41,132 nucleotides of DNA from Comamonas sp. lk. GTDB lineage: Bacteria; Pseudomonadota; Gammaproteobacteria; Burkholderiales; Burkholderiaceae_C. Of this stretch, positions 1-10,077 are shown one piece after another. Position 1 is the first letter of the stretch, and each line of letters begins with the position of its first letter. The notes beneath the pieces are model-generated. The model had not been told where the DNA came from. It made no database searches and worked only from the letters and a program-made list of their open reading frames with translations. Position numbers and translations under genes: made by a program. Location: contig CAMDKE010000001.1 in assembly GCA_945901215.1 (NCBI GenBank), forward strand, positions 1 through 41,132, written 5' to 3'.

Positions 1-838
1 ACTTCGGCGTGTCAGCAGCGTATGCATCTATTTGTCGGGGAGGTAGGTGGTCGGCATCCACCAAATCTCGGTATGCGTGCCAGCTTGCATGGCCCAATAA
101 AGGAACGACAAAAACCAAGCCCAAAAGCAGCGAACACAAGCCCAGCAAGGTCATGACCAAAAGCAAAGCGGCCCATGCCGCCATTGGAAGTGGATTTTTC
201 AGCACCACACCCCAGCTCAAGAGCACCGCTTCCAAAAGAGAAATGCGCCTGTCCACCAGAAGCGGCATAGTCACTACGCTAGAGGCAAAAATAGGCGCTG
301 CCATAACGCCACCAAACGCCAGCCACACTTCAAACAACCAACCTTCCTTTGCTGCGACGACATAACGCAAAAAGTCAACTGGGCTATGGATAGGGTCTGG
401 CGACAGTAAGGTAATCAGTGCCGCTGAGGTGAGCACCCAACCGGTTGCCGCAATCGCCAGTAACAAGCCAAATTGAACCATGCACCAGTAGTCGTTGCTG
501 CGCTTGTCCTGGTGGCTGGTTTGCCAACGGGACCAGGTGCGCCAAATGGTTTTCCAGGCGATGGGCTCTTTGTTTTCCAAATCCCGGCTGAGCGCGTACA
601 GGCTGGCTGCCAGCACGGGAGCCATAAACAAAAACCCCGACAAAGCGCCGGCCAGAAGCCAAAACCGGTCGTACGCAATAAACGTGATCACCGCCCCAAA
701 AAGTGCCAACACCAGACCATGCGCCAAACTGACCCAGCGCAACTCGGTGAGGTCGCGCATGCCCAGCACCAGCCACGCATAGGCTTGTAAGACACTCACT
801 TCGCGAATCACCGCTTGCTTGGTTTGGGTGTGGTCCAT
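1..838 (-). CDS. DUF2189-family integral membrane protein (3' end runs off the window)
   Basis: Not in the ORF track. Manual translation from ATG 838 gives MDHTQTKQAVIREVSVLQAYAWLVLGMRDL...LAASLYALSRDLE...FASSVVTMPLLVDRRISLLEAVLLSWGVVLKNPLPMAAWAALLLVMTLLG...VVPLLGHASWHAYRDLV, open to base 1. The C-terminal PLLGHAxWHAYRDLV motif is typical of DUF2189. Confidence 0.85.
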   Translation of the reverse strand, partial: MDHTQTKQAVIREVSVLQAYAWLVLGMRDLTELRWVSLAHGLVLALFGAVITFIAYDRFWLLAGALSGFLFMAPVLAASLYALSRDLENKEPIAWKTIWRTWSRWQTSHQDKRSNDYWCMVQFGLLLAIAATGWVLTSAALITLLSPDPIHSPVDFLRYVVAAKEGWLFEVWLAFGGVMAAPIFASSVVTMPLLVDRRISLLEAVLLSWGVVLKNPLPMAAWAALLLVMTLLGLCSLLLGLVFVVPLLGHASWHAYRDLVDADHLPPRQIDAYAADTPK

Positions 839-924
839 CGGGCAAGTGTAAGGACTGCGGCCACACCCGCAGCAGCGTCGAATGAAGGGCCCGCTCCATA
901 ATCGCGGTTTGAAGGGAAATATCG

Positions 925-1290
925 ATGCCAAGAGCCATATTGAATGAATCGGACATCCATCCAGCAGCGCGCGCTAGCGTAGCGTCACACCACCACGAGA
1001 TTGTTGATGAAGTAAAAGCTGCCATCGCGGCCCACGCCGTGGTGGTGGTGGGAATGGCTTGGAACCCCATGCCAAAAAAGGCCCGCGCAGCGCTGACGCA
1101 CGCCGGTATTGCGCATGAGTACCTGGAGTTTGGAAGCTATTTCAACCAGTGGCGCAAGCGCAACGCTTTGAAAATGTGGACCGGCTGGCCCACATTTCCC
1201 ATGGTCTTTGTTAAAGGCAGCTTGGTCGGAGGAGCGACCGATGTGCAAGCCCTGATTGCCAGCGGCGAATTGAAAAAAATGCTGGCCTAG
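925..1290 (+). CDS. Glutaredoxin-like protein lacking any cysteine
   Basis: Carries the WPTFPMVFVKGSLVGGATD glutaredoxin signature. The active-site position reads NPMP. Confidence 0.8.
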   Translation: MPRAILNESDIHPAARASVASHHHEIVDEVKAAIAAHAVVVVGMAWNPMPKKARAALTHAGIAHEYLEFGSYFNQWRKRNALKMWTGWPTFPMVFVKGSLVGGATDVQALIASGELKKMLA

Positions 1291-1317
1291 GGCATTGACA
1301 CAGCTGGCACTGGCGGC

Positions 1318-1794
1318 TCAATGCCCGCCGTGGCGCTGCATGCGGGCGTGTTCTGCGTCAAAGGTCTTTTTTTGCTCTGGGCTTAGCGTCGCATAAAACG
1401 TTTTCGCAGCCTCCTCACGTGTGTTTATTTCGGCCAGCATGGTGTCATGGTGCTGGGTGCGAAAAGCCCGCATTTTGTCGATGCGCTCTGGCGTGGTGAG
1501 TTTTTCCATCTCGGCCCGCTCCGGGTGGGGCACGCCCATGGAGGCTGATGGCTTCATCGCCGTGGCGAAAGTGGTCCAGGCGCTTTCTTGAGAGGCGCCA
1601 AGACGCAGTTTGGCCTTGAGCTGGCCCAGATGGCGCTCCACCAGGCCCGTCATTTTTTCGGGTTTCATGTGGTGCGTTGGATGCATTTCCATCATCCCAA
1701 ACGATTCGTCTTTGGGACTGGCTTGTGCCGGCGCTGTCAGCCCAAGGGCGGCTAGCGCGGCGGCGGCGAGCAGGGATTTCAGGGCTAAATTCAT
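1318..1794 (-). CDS. Spy/CpxP-family periplasmic chaperone (LTXXQ motif)
   Basis: Signal peptide ending AQA, a His/Met-rich segment, and KLRLGASQ and LSPEQKKTFD repeats. Confidence 0.8.
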   Translation of the reverse strand: MNLALKSLLAAAALAALGLTAPAQASPKDESFGMMEMHPTHHMKPEKMTGLVERHLGQLKAKLRLGASQESAWTTFATAMKPSASMGVPHPERAEMEKLTTPERIDKMRAFRTQHHDTMLAEINTREEAAKTFYATLSPEQKKTFDAEHARMQRHGGH

Positions 1795-1950
1795 GGAAGG
1801 GGTCCTTCAAGGTTTGTGTGGAATATGGAAATCACATCCCGCTACCTCCAGTGTGCTTGCCATCTGTGTACGCCCCATTGCGCTAAGGCAAGCGCTTGTA
1901 AAGTTGCATGAAAATGGCCGCTGTCAAAGTGGCAATTCAGAAAGTTCAAT

Positions 1951-2859
1951 GTGTTCAAAAATGTGATGGTTTATCGGCTTACAGCGCCCTGGAACGTAAG
2001 CCAGGCGCAGTTGGAAGCGGCCTTGCAGCAAGCGCACTTTGTGGAGTGCGGCGCTTCGCAGGAAAAGTCGGTGGGCTGGACCGAACCGCGTGGCCAGGCC
2101 CACGGGCCTTGCGTCGAGGTAGTGGGTGGTCAATGGATCATGAAATGGATGCTGGAGGTAAAGACTGTCCCTGGCTCCGTGGTCAAGCGCAAAGTGCAGG
2201 ACGAGGTAGTAAAAATTCAAACGGCGACCGGGCGCAAACCCGGTAAAAAAGAAATTCGCACCTTGAGCGACGATGCGCGGCTGGCACTGTTGCCCATGGC
2301 ATTTACCAAACAGGCCAGCGTGACCCTCTGGCTTGACCCGCAAGCGCAACTTTTGGTGCTGGACGCGGGCAGCCAGGCCAAGGCGGACGAAGTGCTGACC
2401 AGCCTGGTAAAGGCGGTGGACGGACTCGCACTGGGGCTAATAAACACCCAAACCGCGCCCGCAACCGCCATGGCGCACTGGTTGGCCTCTCAAGAAGCCC
2501 CTGGGGGCTTTAGCGTGGACCGCGAATGCGAACTCAAGGCCGCGGACGAATCCAAGGCCGTGGTGCGTTACACCCGCCACGCCCTGGACACTGACGAGGT
2601 AGTCCAACACATCGCCAACGGCAAAGTGCCGACCCGTCTGGCATTGACCTGGAGCGACCGCGTTTCCTTTGTTTTGACTGAGGCCTTGCAGTTGAAAAAA
2701 GTGGCGTTTTTGGATGTGGTGGCGGATGAGGCGCCAGTTGCGGCGGGCGACCGTTCGGATGATCACTTTGAGGCGGATGTGGCGATTGCGACTGGCGAGT
2801 TGTCGCGCTTGTTGCCGGATTTGTTGGAGGCTTTGGGTGGCGAGGTGGCGTTGGGTTGA
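1951..2859 (+). CDS. rdgC: Recombination-associated protein RdgC
   Basis: 302 aa, with MFKNVMVYRL start, SVGWTEP and TRLALTWSDRVSFVLTE motifs, and LLEALGGE end. Confidence 0.95.
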   Translation: MFKNVMVYRLTAPWNVSQAQLEAALQQAHFVECGASQEKSVGWTEPRGQAHGPCVEVVGGQWIMKWMLEVKTVPGSVVKRKVQDEVVKIQTATGRKPGKKEIRTLSDDARLALLPMAFTKQASVTLWLDPQAQLLVLDAGSQAKADEVLTSLVKAVDGLALGLINTQTAPATAMAHWLASQEAPGGFSVDRECELKAADESKAVVRYTRHALDTDEVVQHIANGKVPTRLALTWSDRVSFVLTEALQLKKVAFLDVVADEAPVAAGDRSDDHFEADVAIATGELSRLLPDLLEALGGEVALG

Positions 2860-2908
2860 TTGGTGTTGGCTGCTTTAGCCAGAGTTCTTTTAGCTCATGT
2901 TTTTGTAG

Positions 2909-3188
2909 CCCCCCTATCCCCCCGGCCCCCTTTCCACCCCCACCGGGGCGGAAAGGGGGAGCAAACAGCCACATTTGATTTTGTCGCTTCGGCTAGCCTT
3001 CTACGGGCGTGTCACCTGCACTGTTGCGCGCAACGCATCGTAAAAAGTTGCACAGCACCTTAGAAAGTGCTCTGCGCACGCACCGGGCAGTGGCCAGTGA
3101 TTCCGTAGCCCAAGCGCAGAAACCAAATGTGGCTGTTCGGCTCCCCCTCTCATCCCCGCGGAGGAGGAGAGGGGGCTGGGGGGTGAGG
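2909..3188. repeat. Intergenic REP/REPIN-like element: two ~85-bp imperfect inverted arms, each with a GC hairpin
   Basis: Arms lie at about 2909-2995 and 3106-3188. AACAGCCACATTTG (2964-2977) is the exact reverse complement of CAAATGTGGCTGTT (3124-3137). Hairpins are CCCCCTTTCC..GGAAAGGGGG (2926-2959) and CCCCCTCTC..GAGAGGGGG (3143-3175). Confidence 0.8.
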
Positions 3189-3269
3189 CGGGGAAAGCAA
3201 GCCCCGTTGATGGCAAAAATGGCTCTGGAAAACAAGCGGGTAGGCGAAAAGGCCACCCTTTGACCCACA

Positions 3270-3467
3270 TCAGCCCGTCACCGCGTAACCTTCCTCGACA
3301 ATCGCGTGGGCCAGCGCCTCATGGCTCTGCTCCGACTGCACCTGCACCTTGTTGGCAGCACGCTCGATGACCACCGAGGCCTGTGGGTCCAGGCGCACAA
3401 TGGCCGCCGTGACGGCTTTTTCGCAGTGGCCGCAGGTCATACCGGTAACGTTAAATACGTGGTTCAT
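3270..3467 (-). CDS. copZ: Copper chaperone (HMA domain)
   Basis: 65 aa with GMTCGHC metal-binding motif, divergent from a P1B ATPase. Confidence 0.9.
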   Translation of the reverse strand: MNHVFNVTGMTCGHCEKAVTAAIVRLDPQASVVIERAANKVQVQSEQSHEALAHAIVEEGYAVTG

Positions 3468-3592
3468 GGTGAACTTTCAAAAAGTAGGGCAGTGGTTCAG
3501 GACAGCGGCAATACTGCCCTTTAGCTTAACCTTGCACCGTCATCGTTCTTTTTCAAGCCCTTTTCCGCCACCACCCAAAGGTAATCAGCCCC

Positions 3593-5896
3593 ATGACCGA
3601 TTCAGTGTCCAACGAAGTCTGTAGCCTGGACATCGGCATTGGCGGCATGACCTGCGCCTCGTGCGTGGGGCGGGTGGAAAAAGCGCTCAAGCGCGTGCCT
3701 GGCGTGCATGACGCCAACGTGAATCTGGCCACCGAGTCGGCGCGTATTGCTTTCCCTGCGGACTTGGGGCAGGCCGCGAACATGGAGGCTTTGCTGCGCC
3801 GCGCAGTGCGTGATGCCGGTTACGTACCCAAGGCGGCGGATTCGGCCATCGAAAGCCCGGACGCCGGGGCCTGGGCGGGCTTTGCTCCGGTCGCCTGGGG
3901 CCTGGCTTTGTCGCTCCCCCTGTTGCTGCCTATGCTGGGGGACATGCTGGGCCAGCACTGGATGCTGGCGCCGGTCTGGCAGTTTGCCTTGGCAACGCCA
4001 GTGCAGTTTTTGCTCGGCGCGCGTTTTTACATCGGGGGCTGGCATGCGGTCAAAAACGGCAGCGGCAATATGGATCTGCTGGTGGCGCTGGGCACCACGG
4101 CGGGTTGGGCCTTGTCGGTGTGGTTGTGGCTTAGTGCCTCGGCTGGAGCCATGGTGCACTTGTACTTTGAGGGTTCGGCGCTGGTGATCAGCCTCGTGTT
4201 GCTGGGCAAATGGCTGGAGGTTCGGGCCAAGCGGCAAACCACTTCGGCGATTCGGGCCCTGCACGCCCTGCGTCCCGAACGGGCGCATTTGCTGCGCCCA
4301 GAGGGGGAAGTAGACGTGCCGGTGACCGAGGTGCTGGTGGGCGACACCCTGGTGGTCAAGCCCGGCGAGCGCTTTGCGGTAGATGGCCTGGTGCACGAGG
4401 GCGCGACCCAGGTCGACGAGTCCATGCTGACCGGCGAGTCCTTGCCAGTGGCCAAAGAGGCGGGTTCGCGGGTGACCGGCGGCGCCATCAATGGCGAAGG
4501 CCGGGTGCTGGTGCGGGTGACGGCGGTGGGGGCGCAGACCATGCTGTCCCACATCATCAGGCTGGTGGAAGACGCGCAGGCGGCCAAGGCGCCGATCCAG
4601 CGCCTGGTGGATCAGGTGAGCGCCGTGTTTGTGCCGGTGGTCTTGCTGCTGGCCGTGGCCACGCTCTTGGCGTGGTGGCTCACCGGCCACAGTTTTGAGT
4701 TGGCGCTGATCCGCGCCGTGGCGGTGCTGGTCATTGCCTGCCCTTGTGCGCTGGGGCTGGCTACTCCGGTGGCCATCATGGCGGGCACGGGCGTGGCGGC
4801 GAAGTACGGCATTTTGATCAAGGATGCGCAGGCGCTGGAACTGGCGCACCAGGTGCGCGTGGTGGCTTTTGACAAAACCGGGACGCTGACGGTGGGGCAT
4901 CCCCAGCTCACAACCTTGATGGCACTCGATGCCGTGGCCGCACCCGCACCCATAGGCTTAGGCTCGGTAATGGACGCCGGATGGCTACAGATCTGCGCCA
5001 GCTTGCAAAGCGGTAGCGAACACCCACTGGCCCACGCCGTGGTGGAGCGTGGCGCAGCGTTGGGATTGGCGCTGTTGCCGGTGGCGGCGGTGCGTTCGGT
5101 GTCCGGGCGTGGCACCGAGGGCCAGGTGGACCAAAAGACCTTTGCCTTGGGCAGCCTGCGCTGGATGCAGGAGCTTGGCGCCCAGGCCGACCCCCACACG
5201 GCGGCGGGCCAAACGTTTGCCGCCCGGGCGAGCGCGTTGGAGGCTGGTGGCGCCAGCGTCTCAGCGCTGGCGCAGCAGGTTGGTGATGCGTGGCAGCTGC
5301 GCGCCTTGCTGGCTTTTGCCGACGAGCCCAAGCCCGGTGCCAAGGAGGCGATTGCCCAGCTGCGCGCGCGTGGCATTCGCACGGTGATGGTGTCAGGCGA
5401 CAACTGGGGCGCCGCGCGCGCCATGGCAGGTCGGCTGGGTTTGGATGCCAGCCCTGGCAGCACCGAGGTGCTGGCCGAAGTGCTGCCCGGTGACAAAGCG
5501 GCCAAGCTCATGGCGCTCAAGGGCGACGCCGACCAGCGCTTCGTGGTCGCTATGGTGGGTGACGGCGTAAATGACGCCCCGGCGCTGGCGGCGGCCGATG
5601 TTGGAATGGCCATGGCCAATAGCGGCGGCGGCGGCACCGACGTGGCCATGCACGCCGCCGGAATCACACTCATGCGCGGTGAGCCGCGCCTGGTGGCTGC
5701 CGCTTTGGACATTTCCCGGCGCACCGTGTCCAAGATCCGGCAAAACCTGTTTTGGGCCTTTTTCTATAACGTGGCGGGCATTCCGCTGGCGGCCTTGGGT
5801 TACCTGAACCCGGTGTTGGCGGGCGCGGCCATGGCGCTGAGCTCGGTCAGCGTCATGGCCAACGCCTTGCTGCTCAAGCGCTGGAAGGGGCCGTGA
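3593..5896 (+). CDS. copA: Cu(I)-translocating P1B-type ATPase
   Basis: GMTCASC N-terminal domain, plus [32 protein letters not shown] and MALSS motifs (P1B-1 copper signature). Confidence 0.93.
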   Translation: MTDSVSNEVCSLDIGIGGMTCASCVGRVEKALKRVPGVHDANVNLATESARIAFPADLGQAANMEALLRRAVRDAGYVPKAADSAIESPDAGAWAGFAPVAWGLALSLPLLLPMLGDMLGQHWMLAPVWQFALATPVQFLLGARFYIGGWHAVKNGSGNMDLLVALGTTAGWALSVWLWLSASAGAMVHLYFEGSALVISLVLLGKWLEVRAKRQTTSAIRALHALRPERAHLLRPEGEVDVPVTEVLVGDTLVVKPGERFAVDGLVHEGATQVDESMLTGESLPVAKEAGSRVTGGAINGEGRVLVRVTAVGAQTMLSHIIRLVEDAQAAKAPIQRLVDQVSAVFVPVVLLLAVATLLAWWLTGHSFELALIRAVAVLVIACPCALGLATPVAIMAGTGVAAKYGILIKDAQALELAHQVRVVAFDKTGTLTVGHPQLTTLMALDAVAAPAPIGLGSVMDAGWLQICASLQSGSEHPLAHAVVERGAALGLALLPVAAVRSVSGRGTEGQVDQKTFALGSLRWMQELGAQADPHTAAGQTFAARASALEAGGASVSALAQQVGDAWQLRALLAFADEPKPGAKEAIAQLRARGIRTVMVSGDNWGAARAMAGRLGLDASPGSTEVLAEVLPGDKAAKLMALKGDADQRFVVAMVGDGVNDAPALAAADVGMAMANSGGGGTDVAMHAAGITLMRGEPRLVAAALDISRRTVSKIRQNLFWAFFYNVAGIPLAALGYLNPVLAGAAMALSSVSVMANALLLKRWKGP

Positions 5897-5918
5897 TTTG
5901 CCCGTCCACGCTGGCGGC

Positions 5919-7040
5919 CTAGTCGCCCAGCGCCGGGTAGTCGGTGTAGCCCTGGGCCCCGCCGCCGTAAAAGGTCTTGCGGTCGGCCGGGTTAAGTGGC
6001 GCGCCTTCGCGTAGGCGGCGCGTCAGGTCGGGATTGGCGATGAAGGGTTTGCCAAAGGCGACCAGGTCGGCGCCGCTGGCCAGTGCCTGCTTGGCCAACG
6101 TCAGGTCGTAGGCGTTGTTGACCATCCAGGCCGCCTGGCCACCGGCGCTGCGGTAGCACTGGCGCAGTGCGGCATAGTCAAACGGCGTGTCACCTTGCTG
6201 GTAGTCACGCTCGGCGCCGGTGGAGCCTTCGATCACATGCACGTAGGCCAGACCGAGCGGCGCGAGCTGCTGCACCACATAGTCAAACAAGGGCTGGGGG
6301 TGCGGGTCGGCGGCGTCATTGGCCGGGGTGACGGGCGACAGGCGCAGCGCAACATGGGCGCCGCCGATCTCCGTGCAGATGGCTTGCATCACCTCGACCA
6401 ACAGGCGGGCGCGGTTTTCGATGCTGCCGCCATAGGCGTCGGTGCGGTGGTTGGAGCCCGAGCGCAAGAACTGGTCGATCAAATAGCCGTTGGCGGCGTG
6501 CACTTCCACGCCGTCAAAACCGGCGGCCATGGCGTTGCGCGCTGCCGTGCGGTAGTCGACCAACAGACCCGGCAGCTCGTCCAAGCGCAGGGCACGTGGC
6601 TCTGAGGTGGCTACAAAATGCGCCACACCGTCGGTGATGAGCACCGTTTTGGTGTTGGCGGTGATGGCCGAGGGTGCCACCGGCGCCTGGCCGCCGGGCT
6701 GCAAATCGACGTGCGAGACGCGCCCCACGTGCCAGAGCTGCATGAAAATCTTGCCGCCCGCCGCGTGCACGGATGCGGTGACGGGTTTCCATGCCTGTAC
6801 CTGCGCCTGGCTCCAGATGCCGGGTACGTCGGAATAGCCCTGGCCCTGGTGGCTGATGGCGGTGGCCTCGGTGATGATGAGCCCCGCGCCGTCTTTTGGG
6901 TCGGCGCGTTGGGTGTAGTAGGTCGCCATGGCGGCGGTGGGTATGGCGCCGGGCGCGCGGTTGCGCGTGAGCGGCGCCATAACGGCGCGGTTGGCCAGTG
7001 TGATGGGGCCAAGGGCCAGGGGGTCGAACAAGGTGGTCAT
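5919..7040 (-). CDS. Old yellow enzyme / alkene reductase (NemA-like)
   Basis: MAPLTRNRA, QLWHVGR, GFDGVEVHAANGYLIDQFL and GYTDYP motifs. Start taken at ATG 7040 (MTTLFDPL). Confidence 0.92.
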   Translation of the reverse strand: MTTLFDPLALGPITLANRAVMAPLTRNRAPGAIPTAAMATYYTQRADPKDGAGLIITEATAISHQGQGYSDVPGIWSQAQVQAWKPVTASVHAAGGKIFMQLWHVGRVSHVDLQPGGQAPVAPSAITANTKTVLITDGVAHFVATSEPRALRLDELPGLLVDYRTAARNAMAAGFDGVEVHAANGYLIDQFLRSGSNHRTDAYGGSIENRARLLVEVMQAICTEIGGAHVALRLSPVTPANDAADPHPQPLFDYVVQQLAPLGLAYVHVIEGSTGAERDYQQGDTPFDYAALRQCYRSAGGQAAWMVNNAYDLTLAKQALASGADLVAFGKPFIANPDLTRRLREGAPLNPADRKTFYGGGAQGYTDYPALGD

Positions 7041-7153
7041 GGGGGCTTTCAAAAAATGGGGCGTTTGGGTTTGCAAAAAGCAATGTTGTTTTTGGGCCAA
7101 GGATAGGCGCTGATGCGGCGCACAATGGCCGCTTCCATGATGTCGGAGAGACT

Positions 7154-8368
7154 GTGTTCCTAGCCTTGCGTTCTCTATTTTGGCTTGCTTTGGCCCTGTC
7201 TGCGGGTGCAGCCGTCTCTTTGGGCGTGACCCGCTTTGCTTATGGCTTGCTGCTGCCGGGCATGCGCGCCGATTTGGGTTGGACTTACACCCTGGCAGGG
7301 GCCATGAACACCACGAACGCGGTGGGCTATTTGCTCGGCGCGCTGGCCATGCCCGCGCTGATGCGCCGGGTGTCGCCTACCGTCTTGCTGTGGTCGGGCT
7401 CGCTGTTGGCGGCGCTGTTCATGGGCTTGTGTGGCTTTTTTACCGATGCTTCGGTGCTTTTGGTGCAGCGTTTGTTGGCCGGCGTTGCCAGCGCGCTGGT
7501 GTTTGTGTCCGGTGGCTTGCTGGCAGCGCGCTTGGGCAGCCGGGACCCGGCGCAGGCAGGGCTGTTGCTGGGTTTGTATTACGGCGGGACCGGAGTGGGC
7601 ATCGCGCTGTCGGCGGTGTTGGTGCCGTGGGTGCTGGATGCTTTTGCCGATCAGGCCCACAGTTGGCGTTTTGCCTGGTGGGCGTTGGCACTGCTGTGCT
7701 TTGCCGCTACCGCTTTGCTGCGCTGGCCTGCGCGGGTGATGGTGCAATGGGAACAGTTGCCCGCCGCCACGGCGGTGGGCTCCGGTGCACCCGAGGGTTT
7801 TCGCTGGCGCTCCTTCGGTTTTGCGCTGGCGGGTTATGGCATGTTCGGCGTGGGCTACATCGGCTATATGACGTTTGCAGTGGCGCTGCTGCGCGAACAG
7901 GGCGCCAGCGGGTCGGCGGTGACGGTCTTTTATGGTCTGCTGGGTTTGGCGGTGGTGGCGTCATCGCGCATTTGGGCTGGCTTGCTCAATCGCCACCAAG
8001 GTGGCGGCGCCATGGCGAGGCTCAATGCGCTTTTGGGCTTGGCCGTTGTCTTGCCCGCCCTGACGCAGAACTTTGTCGTTGTCGTCGCCTCAGGCCTCTT
8101 GTTTGGTGGGGTGTTTTTGTCCATCGTGGCGTCGAGCACGGCGTTGGTGCGCCACAACCTGCCGCCTAGCGCCTGGGCCCAGGGCATCAGCGCGTTCACC
8201 GTGGTGTTTGCCGCAGGGCAAATCGTCGGCCCCACGCTGGTGGGTTGGATTGCCGATGGCGCTGGCGGCTTGGAGCGCGGATTGCTGGTGTCGGCCTTGG
8301 CCCTTTGGCTGGGCGCAGCCCTGGCCTGGCGCCAGCGACCTGTGGCGGTGCTGGCGGACGCTGCGTAA
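7154..8368 (+). CDS. MFS transporter, YbfB/YjiJ-like
   Basis: About 12 hydrophobic segments, with RFAYGLLLP, NAVGYLLGAL and GQIVGP motifs. GTG start with upstream GGAG. Confidence 0.85.
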   Translation: MFLALRSLFWLALALSAGAAVSLGVTRFAYGLLLPGMRADLGWTYTLAGAMNTTNAVGYLLGALAMPALMRRVSPTVLLWSGSLLAALFMGLCGFFTDASVLLVQRLLAGVASALVFVSGGLLAARLGSRDPAQAGLLLGLYYGGTGVGIALSAVLVPWVLDAFADQAHSWRFAWWALALLCFAATALLRWPARVMVQWEQLPAATAVGSGAPEGFRWRSFGFALAGYGMFGVGYIGYMTFAVALLREQGASGSAVTVFYGLLGLAVVASSRIWAGLLNRHQGGGAMARLNALLGLAVVLPALTQNFVVVVASGLLFGGVFLSIVASSTALVRHNLPPSAWAQGISAFTVVFAAGQIVGPTLVGWIADGAGGLERGLLVSALALWLGAALAWRQRPVAVLADAA

Positions 8369-8376
8369 GCGGGAGT

Positions 8377-10002
8377 TTAGTGGCCGCTGCGGATCAGGTC
8401 GGCCGCTTTTTCACCAATCATGACGGTCGGTGCGGTGGTGTTGCCCCCGGTGAGCGTGGGCATGATGGAGGCGTACACCACGCGCAGGCCCTGCACGCCG
8501 TGCACCCGCAAATCGGCATCCACCACGGCCATCGGGTCGCTGTGCGGGCCCATTTTGCAGGTGCCGCAGGGGTGGTATTCGGTGTCGCAGTGGTCGCGCA
8601 AAAAGGCTTCGATCTGCGCCGGGTTGTTGCGCTCCACCGGGTACAGCATCTCGCCCCGGTAGGCGTCAAAAGGCTTGGCTTGCAAGATGTCCAAGCCGAT
8701 TTGCGTGCCCTTGACCAAGGTGGCCATGTCGTCGGGATGCTGAAAAAACGCGGGGTCTATCAGCGGCGCGTCGGTGGCTTGGGCGCTTTGCAGCGTGACG
8801 CTGCCCCGGCTCTTGGGGCGGCACAGGGTTACATGCAGGGTGTAGCCGTGGCCCAGGTGGGTTTTGCGGTTGTGGTCGTCCACGATGCCGGTGCACAGGG
8901 CGAGCTGGATGTCCGGCGTGTCGGCACTGGGGTCTGTCTTTAAAAAGCCTTGTGACTCGGCCACGTTGGACGTGACCCAGCCAGTGCGTTTGTTGCGCCA
9001 TTCAAAAATCGCCTTGACCACGGTAGCCAGGCCATTGAGTGAGATACCCAGCGTGGCCTCTTTGCGTGCGCTGCGCTGTATCAGCACCGTGGTGACGTGG
9101 TCTTGCAGGTTTTGCCCCACCCCGGGCAGCGTGTGCACCGTGGCAATGCCGTTGGCCTGGAGTTGCTCTTGGGGACCTATGCCCGAGAGCATCAGCAATT
9201 GCGGCGAGCCAAAGGCACCTGCGCTCAACACCACCTCGCGCGCGGCGTGGAGTTGGTGCACCTGGCCGCCTTGTTCGTATTCGACGCCGGTGGCGCGTTT
9301 GCCGTCCATCAACACGCGCCGGGTGTGTGCCTGGGTGATGACGGTCAGGTTGCTGCGCCCGCGTTGCGGGGTGATGTAGGCCTTAGATGCGCTGCAGCGC
9401 TCACCACCGGCCTGCATGGCCTGGGTGGGGCCGCAGCCGAGTTGCTGCGCGCCGTTGTAGTCCTCGGTGCGGGGCAGGCCGGTTTGTTCGCAGGCCTGCA
9501 GGAACACCTCGTTGATGGGGCTGGGACTGCGCAGGTAGCTCACTTGCAGCGGGCCGCCGGTGCCACGGTAGGTGGTTTCGCCAAAGCAGTGGTTGTGCTC
9601 GGCGCGCTTGAATAGCGGCAGTACCTCGTCATAGCTCCAACCGGGGTTGCCCAGGCTGGCCCAGTGGTCGTAGTCGGCGCGGTGGCCGCGCGTGTAGACC
9701 ATGGCATTGATGGAGGTGCTGCCGCCCATGACCTTGCCACGCGGCTGGTAGCCGCGCCGGCCCTTGAAGCCGGGTTGCGGCACGGTCTCGTAGCCCCAGT
9801 TGTGCACTTTGAGCGGTGCGCTGACGGCAAAGCCCATGGGCGCGTGGATCAGCACCGAGGTGTCAGGGCCACCGGCCTCTAACAGGCACACACGCACGCC
9901 GGGGTCTTCGCTCAGGCGGCTGGCCACTACGCAGCCGGCGGCGCCGCCGCCCACGATGATGTAGTCGAATGTCCGGGTGGCTGGTGTGGTGCTGGTTTTC
10001 AT
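8377..10002 (-). CDS. GMC-family flavin oxidoreductase (alcohol/choline dehydrogenase-like)
   Basis: [14 protein letters not shown] motif, [35 protein letters not shown] and GNT. Confidence 0.92.
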   Translation of the reverse strand: MKTSTTPATRTFDYIIVGGGAAGCVVASRLSEDPGVRVCLLEAGGPDTSVLIHAPMGFAVSAPLKVHNWGYETVPQPGFKGRRGYQPRGKVMGGSTSINAMVYTRGHRADYDHWASLGNPGWSYDEVLPLFKRAEHNHCFGETTYRGTGGPLQVSYLRSPSPINEVFLQACEQTGLPRTEDYNGAQQLGCGPTQAMQAGGERCSASKAYITPQRGRSNLTVITQAHTRRVLMDGKRATGVEYEQGGQVHQLHAAREVVLSAGAFGSPQLLMLSGIGPQEQLQANGIATVHTLPGVGQNLQDHVTTVLIQRSARKEATLGISLNGLATVVKAIFEWRNKRTGWVTSNVAESQGFLKTDPSADTPDIQLALCTGIVDDHNRKTHLGHGYTLHVTLCRPKSRGSVTLQSAQATDAPLIDPAFFQHPDDMATLVKGTQIGLDILQAKPFDAYRGEMLYPVERNNPAQIEAFLRDHCDTEYHPCGTCKMGPHSDPMAVVDADLRVHGVQGLRVVYASIMPTLTGGNTTAPTVMIGEKAADLIRSGH

Positions 10003-10077
10003 GGGGCGGGGCCTAGGTGGGTTTCGAGATGGGCGCGGCGAGCGCGAGGGTTGCGCTCACAAAACACCAGTGTATGG

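Noticed and set aside
9-1070. Track ORFs 9-365(+), 384-1070(-), 473-790(+) and similar
   Set aside because: They are shadow or off-frame ORFs of the DUF2189 gene (838 to <1) and the glutaredoxin-like gene.
1897-1914. CpxR/OmpR-like direct repeat upstream of the Spy-like gene
   Set aside because: There is only one good GTAAA half-site, and the second is too degenerate to support a call.
2860-3270. Short ORFs across the rdgC-copZ gap
   Set aside because: They are translations of the inverted-repeat element, with no protein-like features and no transposase motifs.
3520-3560. Full CueR operator/promoter between copZ and copA
   Set aside because: Only one half-site is present, and there is no convincing -35 at 19-bp spacing.
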